From Carcharhinus amblyrhynchos (Eukaryota): a DNA stretch of 64,000 nucleotides. The position numbers were made by a program, and so were the translations under genes. Below are positions 54,309 through 64,000 of this stretch, piece by piece. Location of the stretch: NCBI GenBank assembly GCA_965287045.1, contig OZ336900.1, positions 12,586,001 through 12,650,000 of the forward strand, read 5' to 3'. Below the pieces are notes generated by a model that searched no databases, was not told the DNA's origin, and was given only the letters and a program-made list of their open reading frames with translations. Numbering within the stretch: position 1 is the stretch's first letter; every line of letters begins with the position of its first letter.

Positions 54309-56026
54309 TGATTACTGGAGACAGTCCCAACACAGCTCTCAAAGTTTCTGTCCAACAAATGTTTAAAGTAACAGAGAGATCATTGCCTCACTGTTTCAAT
54401 GGCTTCTATACAAATACAAATATTGTCAATCTCATTGCAGCCTAACTGATATTATCACTGTGTCAAGTGCTGGAATTTTTTTCAGTTTAGATTATCCTTT
54501 TGGAGCATTTCTCAAAAAATACCTCTTCAATAAATCACTCAAAAAAGCAAAACAATGTTCAGGCCAAGATCACCATGTTGATCGCTATTTTCCAGTTATG
54601 CACTTGATCATTTTTGATGCATGCTGAAGAGGTTTTATTCAGTTCCTTCATTTATTTATTTTCCCACATGTTCTGAGTTCCTCAAGCTGTGCTCTTTGGG
54701 TGTTCACTTCAGCCACAAGGAGATAACCTTAGACATTGCTCACAAGGTAATGCCTAATGTGAGTTAAATTCGCACTTTCATGAAATGTGACTAGCCTCAC
54801 AGTGTTGTAATTCCTGTGGAGGAATATAATCCAAAATGACTAAATTTTCTAAAAGAGGCCCAAATGAAAAAAATACCAAAAGGATTCCATTGTTTGTAGC
54901 TTTTACTTTTGCAGAATCCATGTGAATTAAATGTGAATGAACAGGCAAAGAAAAAGTACCAACTACAAATTACACATGAAATAGCAGAGATAACAATGAC
55001 TATCTCGTGAGATTACAAACATTCTTATCATCCCCCACAAAAATCTTGCAATTTCAAAGTCTTTCCAATTTGGTCTCTGGAATACAGGATCTTCTCATTA
55101 ATGGATTTGGTGCTCAAATCACCTGTAACTCCATCCAAGACTCCGGCGACCACTGTCACTCAAACAGCATAATCCCCTAGAACCTCCCTAAACTAGTTTC
55201 ATGATAATTGTGGACAATTCCTTTAGTTGACCCCTTTAATAAACCTCATTAAACGGTCTGGTCTGCTCTGACAAAACTGAAGCACGGCCATAGAACTGTC
55301 CAAATCATAATTTCTGCTTGAACTCTGTCCTTGCTTCTTGTTGATACTGCTTCCAGGCCAAGGGTCACCAAGTCACATGGATCGGTATTTCTTGTTCATG
55401 AAAATGATCCCTGTACGTCTGATGCAAACTCTTAAAAGTCCTTTTCAAACATTCTTAAAAACATTTACAGATTCCACAGACATTTTAAAGAAATTACATA
55501 TTTTCCTTATGCCACTGCTTTTGGGTATAGGTCCTCAGAAAAGATAAATGATAATTCCCAAATTTCCTGAGACTTGATGCTATTTGACACAGCAGTGAAG
55601 CAATGGATCTTGTGTATGTTCAACTTTGCTTGTTGAAACATCTTATAGAAATGTTGGCAGGCAGTTTTGGCCTAATTTGACCAATTGTTTGGATCTGGTG
55701 AAAGGTGGTTTACAGCTTGTCCAATTGTACACTCCATTGAAGTCAATAGAGTATAATATCAGATGGGATATAAAACCACTGTTCCACCAGTTCTCTGCTC
55801 AGTGAGTTAGCTTTAAATGACCTTTATTGCAATTGTGATAACATCATATATCATTAGTAAAGTGACATTTCTGGGCAGTGCATTTTAATGCAAATTTTGT
55901 CAACGTATTACAGCTTTAGGCAAAAGTTAAATACGTGTTGGCAATACTATGGTCCTTATATGCATTGTAATGTTCCACTACTAAGTTGCTTGCATGGTTC
56001 ATTTATGTTTTCCTGTTCCTTCTCAG

Positions 56027-56276
56027 ATATGTGATTGCTAATCCACACTATGAATTTGAACTAGTCTCAACGGATGTGATCTTCTGTCTGATGCAATTTG
56101 ACCACAATGCTGGCCAATCCCGTGGCAGCTTATCGCACTCGTCTCATTCCTCTCACTCTTCCAGTAAGAAAAGCTCGTCTGTGCACTCCATCCCAACTAC
56201 CACCAACCGTCCAAACCGCAACAAGATCCGGGATCCTCGGGAAAAGCAGAAGTATGTGCTTGACCCTGCTGTCTGA
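56027..56276 (+). CDS. KCNMA1: KCNMA1 C-terminal exon. Read-through form ends ...[12 protein letters not shown] (stop 56274-56276; equivalent of the mammalian QEERL isoform). Internal donor AA|gtatgt after 56251 serves the spliced tail isoforms
   Basis: ttctcag| acceptor; phase fits the CG| of the previous exon. [56 protein letters not shown] matches the Slo1 tail. Confidence 0.97.
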
Positions 56277-57486
56277 TGAAAAACTGTTTGTGAATTTCCA
56301 CCTCTGTCCATTCCCCAGCGCCGAGCTTCCCTTTGTCACGGACTGCATCACGTATGTTTGCACATGTTCGTCTGTATGCATGTGCTTGTCAACAAATTTC
56401 ATCGTCCATCTCCTGCAGCACAACAGCAACAAATCAGATGGACCTAAAAAACCAATCATTACCAAACACCAGTTAACTATCAGCAGCAACTACTGACATA
56501 CTTCAATTTGAAACACTTAATTACTTAATGTTTGTTACTTTACACTGAGCATAATAATAGTAATTATTTAATGCACAGCATTAGGGTACAGAAAAGGGTA
56601 AGATTTTTAGAATTACCTTAAACTGGAAATTAGTTATATCCAAACAACTCCTAGGGAAAATGACTATTGTCCTGTTGGTAATAAGGGCAAAGCATTTCAA
56701 ATTCATGACATTTTTGCATTGTCACTGATTGAATAGCATGTTCCTATTAGCACAGGCACAACTGAAAGAGCTTTGGTGGGGGAGTGATGCATAGAATTTA
56801 GCGAGTCATGCACAGCATTCTTCTTTTTCCTTGATTTGACTGTTATATTGTCATTTTTTTTCTCTCTCTCCCTGAGAATTGATGTCACATTTTTCTTTAA
56901 ATTAACTTTTTTTATTTCCTTAGCTAAAAAAAAGTCAGTCATGTTTTCCTGGGATGGTTCAGTGATGTGAATCTTGGCAGAAGGAACAAAAAAGAAAGAA
57001 AATAGTGTGTCAGGCACTTTCATACAGTAGCCATTTCATATCACAGTTTGTATTCATGAAGACAGTTAAACGCACTCCTTTTGTGTGACTGTCATAGATG
57101 CAATTGGCATATACACGTTATTGATTTTTCATAGAAGCAGGACATTTGCTTTCTGGTGTTTTGTGGGAATGTATTCTTTTTTTTTAGGAAGCCAATATTT
57201 GTAAGATGATTTTTACTTTCCTCCCCCCCAACCTCTTTCCATTCAGTATATTTTCCTAAAACAATGTTTACACTATACCACTATTTCAAAGCATGGGCTT
57301 GCCAGTGGGTGTGTGTTATGGTTAAAACAAAATACGAACCAAAGTAGACTTTCACTGACAATGTCTTATTTACAGGAGATTTGAATGTTCTGTCTGGCAG
57401 TGCCAGTGAAAGTGCTGAGTCCAAAATGTGATAGTTTAAGAAAATTGTAAACTTACCTAGAATATTTACTTACTTTTTCTCTAAAG

Positions 57487-57515
57487 TGCTACAAGGATGA
57501 CTAGAATGAGCCAAG
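57487..57515 (+). CDS. KCNMA1: KCNMA1 29-nt alternative microexon encoding (N)ATRMTRMSQ; switches the tail frame toward the DEC-type isoform
   Basis: tttttctctaaag|TGCTACAAGGATGACTAGAATGAGCCAAG|gtatga. Joined to AA| at 56251 it reads NATRMTRMSQ, matching the mammalian DEC-isoform segment NATRM(T/N)RMGQ. Confidence 0.9.
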
Positions 57516-57534
57516 GTATGACTATCATTGGTTT

Positions 57535-57760
57535 TGCATGATATGGCAATTGCCGTGGGTTCTTTCCATACTTGTCCTTGTGAAACTTTGTTAAATAAAA
57601 TATAGTAAAAATACTTTTTTTTTAAACAAATCAAATAATTTGTGTTTGTTTATGCTTTCTGGCCGAAATGAGCTGTCTGCTGCTGCTGCTGCTGTCGCTG
57701 TTGCTTTGTCCATGACAGATGTGACCCTGTATGTCCATCATTCTCCCGCTCCTTTGCATG
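57535..57760 (+). promoter_or_regulatory. Intronic splicing-regulatory cluster downstream of the 29-nt microexon (Rbfox TGCATG at 57535 and 57755, (CTG)6 at 57677-57694, YCAY motifs)
   Basis: Motifs read directly from sequence. A position 3' of a cassette exon is the usual enhancer position for Rbfox/Nova/MBNL. Confidence 0.55.
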
Positions 57761-58801
57761 TGGCGTCTTGCTGCTCATGTGATTGCCCTGTGACCAATTG
57801 GAATCTGTCAGTGTATGCAGATTCTATCATTCAGCACATTGTTCTGTCTGAGACCGACAGGATCATTTGATTTTATGTTGATGTCAGCTGAGCAATTAAT
57901 CATCCTGTTCACACTGTGGTTCTGCGAACCTCTCTTCTCATTCTTCTCGAAAATTCAGTTTGCTGAAATTGATGTTTTAGTGAATCAGTCATTCTGTATC
58001 GTGTATCTGTCCCTCAACACGTTTCTACATAATTTGTCAAGAAGGAGTGTCATTGTGGGATACATAACAATAAGCAGTATTGTATGGATAAAAGCATCAT
58101 AATAAAGCTCTGGGCTGAGAACCAGTCTGTATTATCAGGCCCAAAACACCAATGATGCTTTTTCTCCCTACACTATTGCTCAGATGTCACTTGTCCTCTT
58201 CAAACCACACCCATGTTTTATGTATGTGCGTACGTATCTTTTGCTTTCTTTGTTTAAGTCCCAGTTGTAGTGACATCCCATGTTACTGTATACCTTGTAC
58301 ATTTGAGATAAACTTAAGGAATCTACGATGACCAACCAACTGAATCCCTTGCTTGCCCCAGCCAAAAGTTGCGCCAGCTGAATGAGAAAGTTTAATTTTC
58401 TGCAAAGGGGAAACGGGCGTTATTACGAGTTTGGCATTTTATCTTAAGAATCAATTATGTTCAGTTTCATATATTTGTGTTGAAGGTGGATCCACAGTGA
58501 AAACTTGCTCTTAAGTAACTCAGTCATGAATAGCGATCTTTAACATTAGTAGCGCAGTAATGTCAGACCTTTTATTTATAAATGTAGAATGACTTTGTTA
58601 AACCTGCCATTGATCTGGAACCATCCAACAAATAAGTAAAGTGCAGCTAGTTAGTGACTGAAGGCATTTCTGAAGTTGAGTAGCTGTGTCTTGGCACCAA
58701 GGCCAGTCTAGATCACTCATTCCCTATTGGCTTGAATGGAGTCAGTCAACAACAACCATAACCTGTGGCTCTGGATTAAAGGCAATGCAAAATTGCAGAT
58801 C

Positions 58802-59003
58802 CTTGATCTGATTTGATTTATTATTGCCACATGTATTGGTATACAGTCAAGAGTATTGTTTCTAGCGCACTATACAGACAAAGCATACCGTACATAGAGA
58901 AGGAAAGGAAAGGGTGCGGAATGTAGTGTTACAGTCATAGCAAGAATGTACAGAAAGATCAACTCAATATAAGGTAGGTCCATTCAAAAACCTGATACAG
59001 CAG
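58802..59003 (-). mobile_element. LINE 3' UTR fragment (Rex1/RTE-like) with (aatca)n-like tail
   Basis: ttgatctgatttgatttattattgccacatgtatt..gtccattcaaaaacctgatacagcagg; family assignment from recollection only. Confidence 0.5.
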
Positions 59004-59564
59004 GTCTCCCTGCAAAGACAGAATTACTGTTACTTCATTACAGATAATAGATACTTTTTGTCACTTTTTCGGTAGAGATTGGTGAAGTACTTTGAGAGAA
59101 AATATTCCACCCTCTTTCTAACCATCCCTTCCTTTAATTAGAAACAAATGTTCTTAATTTGAAGTCTATACTCTGACATCAAAGAAAGAATTGTGGCTTT
59201 TAAATCACAAAGATCATCTACTTTAAACGTCATGGTATTACCTGTCCTCACCCGTGCCTCTGCTCTGATACTCTGATCTATGCCTTTGTCACCTCCAGCA
59301 CTTATTCTAATCTTCCCACCCTGCGCTCCCCATCAACCCCAGCTGATGGGAAACTTTGCTGGTATTCTTTCTTTCACTAAGTCCTGCTCACGCATCACTC
59401 CTAATCTTGTTGAGATACGTTGAACTGAGACCTCACCATCATCCCTTCAATTCAAAAACATTTCATCCTGATGTTTAAATCAGTTCATGGCTCACCCCTA
59501 CCCCTACTCAAATCTCACTTCAGAAGTTCCTCAGACTCTGGTCTTTTGTGCTTTCCTGATCAGA

Positions 59565-60745
59565 TTGGAATACTTTGAGGATATAACTAATAGAGTTGAC
59601 TGAGGAGAACCAATGGATGTGGTTTATTTAGACTTTCAGAAGGCTTTTGACAAGGTCTCACATAACAGACTACCATGCAGATAATGTCTTGAAATGGGTA
59701 GAAAGCTGATTAACAGATAGGAAGCAAAGAGTTGGCATAAATTGGCCATTTTCTGATTGGCAGTCAGTGGCTACTGGGGCTCCGCAGGGATCTGTGCTTG
59801 GACCCCAGCTGTTCACACTATAATGAACTGGAAGAGGAAGCAGAATGTATTATCTCCAAATTTGCAGATGATACAAAGTTGGGTGGGAGGGTGAGTTGTG
59901 AGGAGGGTATAGAGATGCTTCAGTGTGATTTAGACAGGCTGAGTGAGTGGGCATGTGCATAGCAGATGCTGAATAATGTGGATAAATGTGAAGTTATCCA
60001 CTTTGGTAGCAATGATAGGAAGACAGATTATTACTTGACTGGGTGTAAATTGAGAGAGGTGGATAGTCAACGAGACCTTGGAGTCCTCATGCATCAGTCA
60101 CTAAAAGTAAGTGCGCAGGTACAGCAGGCAGTATGGTATGTTAGCCTTCATAGTGAGAGGATTTGAGTAGAGAAATAGGGATGTTTTGCTGCAATTGTGT
60201 CCGGCATTGGTGAGGCTGGAGTATTGTGTGCAGTTTTGATGTCTTTGCTATAGAGGAAGTACAGTGATGGTTTACCAAGCTGATTTCTGAGATGGTAGGC
60301 CTGTCATTTGAGGAGAGACTAAGTCAGGATTATATCCACTGGAGTTTAGAAGAGTGAAAGGGGATCTCGTAGAAACTTATAAAATTCTAACTGGGTAGAC
60401 AGAATACATGCAGAAAGAATGTTCCCAATGGTGGGGGAGTCCAGAACTAGGGATCAAAGTTTGAGGATAAGGGGTGAAGCCTTTTAGAACTGAGGTGAGG
60501 AGAAATTTCTTCACCTAGAGGGTGGTGAATGTGTGGAACCACCACAGAAAGTAGTTGAGGCCAAATCATTGTCTGATTTCAAGAAGAAATTAGACATAGC
60601 TCTTGGGGCTAAAGGGATCAAGGGATGTGGGGGAAGTGGGGAATCAGGATATTGAATTCAATGATCGGCCATGACCAAAAGAATGGTGGAGTAGGCTCAA
60701 AGGCCGAATGGCCTACTCCTGATTCTAATTTCTGTATTTCTATGG
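59565..60745 (+). mobile_element. 5'-truncated CR1 LINE (degenerate RT), nested in an L2-like fragment (59240-59560 / 60746-60980)
   Basis: DVVYLDFQKAFDKVSH, PQGSVLGPQLF, SKFADDTKLGG and NVDKCEVIHFG motifs with stops; tail ggcctactcctgattctaatttctgtatttctatg. Confidence 0.93.
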
Positions 60746-61464
60746 AAGCTGTGTCTTGAGCCATTCAAGCTCCACCCTTTCTGGAATTACCTCCCTCAAG
60801 TCCTTTGCCCCTCCACTTCCGCCCTCCTTAAAAACCCATTTCTTCCAAAAGCTTTTGGCTAGTTCTCCAGATATCTCCTTCTAAAGTTCAGCACTATTTT
60901 TGTCTGATTATATTTCTGTGAAGTATCTTGGGATAATTTCCTATATTGAGGGTGCGTTATGGGTGCTATATTATTGCAAGCTGTGATCAAATGCTGAAAT
61001 AGTTTGTGTTGATGCTGTTTAATCCAGTCACACTGAGTAAAACAGCATTAATCGAATACAGCAAGATTGAGTTCACTCTGAAATATTTATAAAATGTGCC
61101 AAGCCAGATTCTAGTAAAAATAACTCTGGTTACAGTCAAGATAATTAATAGGACTGGCATTGTTTACATTCCAGCACAGCAGGGCAGCTCTGGGTGTTGT
61201 TAACAGTGCAGTGACTGACGGATATCGGACACAACTGACATCTTGATAATGTTAGTGCTACCAAGTAAAATCCAGGCCCGTTAGGAGACTGAGAATGCCT
61301 CAGTTGGAAAGCAGACAGACTATGTACTGTGCTGGGGTTCAAGCCTTGAGACGAGGAGAAAAGTTGCCACTCCACCCCCATCACCCTCGCCCAAAACATG
61401 GAGGCAGGGTTATAATATTAAGATAACTCCAGACAGAAATTTGGACATTTATTTTGTCAGTGAG

Positions 61465-61755
61465 TATCAGCTGTTGCCCAGTTGATGATGCTGCTTTTGA
61501 GTCAGAAAGTTGTGTGTTCAATCCCATACCAGGACCTGAGCACAAAGATCTCAGCTGACGCTCCAGCAGTGCAGTACTGAGAGACTGCTACACTGTTGGA
61601 GGAACTGTGTTTTTTTGATGAAGATCAATCTGTTCTGTCAGGTGGATATAAAAGATCTTTCAGCCCCTAACCAAGGGGTTTAAAACAAAAGGGCTGCATG
61701 GCCAAGTTGGGCCGAAGGGTCTGTTTCCATGCTGTAAACTTCTATGACTCTATGA
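61465..61755 (+). mobile_element. Deu-SINE 5' half followed by a CR1 3' tail
   Basis: gagtcagaaagttgtgtgttcaatccc..gtgcagtactgagagactgc..caggtggatataaaagatc, then gggccgaagggtctgtttccatgctgtaaactttctatgactctatga. Confidence 0.65.
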
Positions 61756-64000
61756 GGATGAATAATATCCGTAAACTAAAGTGAAATCTTTCCTGAAAAT
61801 CTTCCTTTAGTTGAACTTTGAGTAAATGTTGCTGTATTTTAAGTAGGTTTCTAAACTTGATCCCAGTGTTCCTATTTTCGAGCACTTTGTCCCAGTTATA
61901 CTCTTTTAAAGATGCTGATTCATTGCTGGACCATGGTTCTATGGTCCTCAGTCACCACCCAGTGTCCGACTGACTACAATTACCATTTGAGCATTGAAAG
62001 TTAATAGGTTCTTCTACCAGGAAATTACAGTTAAGCCTATCTTTATTTGATGTTTACACGTGTACTTACTATCAGGAGTCAAGGATTCAAGTTTTCAAGG
62101 ATAATGCTCCTCTGTATGGCTCAAACGCACTGATCCTGCAGGAGAGCATGATTTATTTTATTAATAGCACTGATGTCCAAATGCACATTGGGCTCCATTC
62201 TAACATCAAAACTAAAATTTGAAATGGTTTCCAGGCAGTTGAAGTGTAACTCCTGCTGAGACCATATTCTCGGTGTGGTCTCTCATCACTTGCTCCCTGG
62301 ATGTACCATTAGATCAGCAACTTCTTTCTCCAGTTTTCCACCATGTGACATGCTGACTCAAATGCTAAAGTACAGCAATGGTTGTCGTCTTCCTGATCTG
62401 AGCAGAATTCTGTTAACAACCCACAGGCTTGCATTACCCAAAGGATAACTTTCTTTTTGTGCCCTTAACAAGCATGTTTAACAGTGGTGTTGTTAATAGA
62501 TTGACATCAGGGACAGCATTAATCCTCAAGTGCAGTAGTTGATGAACAGCAAGCTGCAAGAGGTAATTTAACCCTAATTTTTAATCTGGTGGATCTTTGT
62601 TTATTAAAATGAGTTTGATTCTTGTTGCATTGGCCTGTGTGTGACTATCCTTACTCTGGAGGCCTGCACTCTGGTTCCACCGAGGGAGGTCTCCTCTCAT
62701 TAAATATTGCTCTGGAGGCAGCGGCAAAGTGGCCGTAGCCATCTCCAGCTTGTTTCAAGTTGCTTCGAGTCCTCAGCCTTCTGCCCTCTCCCCAGAAAAA
62801 TAATGTTTGGAATTTTTACAGTTGCCAGATCAAAGTGCGAGCCGGAGCTCAGTTTCCCAGCCAGAGTGACACAAAGCAGGTGGCAGTCTTCTTAGGTCAC
62901 TGCACGGGAACTCAGAATTGCTTCTGGCCTCTGTTACTGACCTGGGAACACTTATTGTCTTCAGTAGAATCACAGCAGGGTAATAACTCTGTCCTTGTCC
63001 GACATCAGGATAACAGGAAACGGTTACTCAAAAACATGGTGCTTTAACCAGAGCAAATAAATTCTGTTGTTCCTTTTGTGCTTTTCCGCCAGACGATTTG
63101 GTTCCCAGTTTTTCCTTTGTTCTTTTGCCACCCAAAGCCTGGAGCGAGGCTGTGGGTTAAGTATTTAAACCGAGTCAGCTCATGTGGAGAAATCCTGGAC
63201 AAACAAACAGTGGGGTCGGCTGTACCTTTTAAAGAGAAAAAAAATCCCGGGGAGAATTCAGGAATATGAATTGACAAAATGTCCCTGTGCGTGGTGTTGC
63301 GTCTTTGAATATTTTGCTACTTTTTGGGAGGTGGGTAAATGTTTTTGTGTGAAGTTATTTGCTGCCCCAGTTTTAGGCACTGAGTAATGAACTAGAAGTG
63401 TTTTTGTTCGGTGCTGACTCTGCTATAGACGCTGCCTCATTTACATTGCAGGCTGGCCTTCACTGCACCAAGAGCCAAAAAAAAACACATCCATTACCTT
63501 CTTCGTGCACAGTTCTTGACAGTTTAATTTTTTTTTGTGATGTGAAAGCCTACCCAGAGACAGATAGAAACAGCAGCTGTTTGCCTCCAGATGAGGAAAC
63601 AACTGCCACCTCTTGAACGGCTTCTTCAAAAGTGGTGCCATCTCATTTACAGATGTGTGCCAATCATCCAGCACTTTAAACTGATGCTCTCAGTCACTGT
63701 GCCAGCCTGTTTGCATTTTGCATGCGCAATCTGCATTTTTTATGGTGTTTTTCATTCATCTTCCAGTGAGAGGCAAGCTTGGTAGAACCGCATTTATTGA
63801 CCATTCCTCATTACCCTGAACAGATGGCAGTGGGGGGACAGCCTCACTGAAGCTAAGTGGTTTGCTAATCAATCTCTGGAGGCTTGAACCTGTATTGAGT
63901 CAGCTTGTTGCAGACCAGCGCAGGTAGGGATGGGATATTCCCTTTGGTGAACGACCCAGTGGGGTTTTCATGACTACCTGGCAGTTTACTGTCACTTTTT

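Larger units (their letters stand above)
56277..58106 (+). other. Probable 3' UTR of the read-through isoform / conserved intron with candidate polyA signals (AATAAA at 57594-57599 and 58101-58106)
   Basis: Follows the stop codon, is AT-rich and lacks recognisable TEs. AATAAA hexamers are seen but their use is not demonstrated. Confidence 0.4.

Noticed and set aside
56265-56276. C-terminal DPAV as a PDZ ligand
   Set aside because: The terminal Val fits, but Pro at -2 does not match the canonical classes well; unsupported.
62215-62240. gaaatggtttccagg resembling the start of the final KKWFTDE/KEMVYR exon
   Set aside because: No acceptor precedes it, and similarity ends after ~10 nt.

Overview
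Eukaryotic, repeat-rich vertebrate DNA, almost certainly from a shark or other elasmobranch, judged from HE1-type tRNA-SINEs, Deu-domain SINEs, CR1/L2 LINEs and Penelope elements. The window covers the 3' part of the + strand gene KCNMA1 (Slo1/BK large-conductance Ca2+-activated K+ channel alpha subunit). Five constitutive RCK2/C-terminal exons are at 26677-26790, 36712-36842 (Ca2+ bowl), 45484-45678, 50368-50486 and 56027-56251/56276. Two alternative exons are also present: a 'Ca27'-type cassette (36001-36084, 28 codons) and a 29-nt frame-switching microexon (57487-57515). All have canonical AG/GT sites with compatible phases. I did not find the preceding exon or the final VYR/DEC exon in the window. 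The rest is intron packed with decayed transposons, and most ORFs in the supplied track are spurious or TE remnants. Best leads: the Ca27 exon looks like a well-preserved duplicate of the preceding exon's 3' end; a candidate intronic alternative last exon would truncate BK before the Ca2+ bowl; a candidate extra 13/19-nt tail microexon; a divergent C-tail lacking the tandem PKC serines; and fold-back Penelope elements carrying hammerhead-ribozyme-like cores. No prokaryote-type system such as CRISPR or an operon is present.
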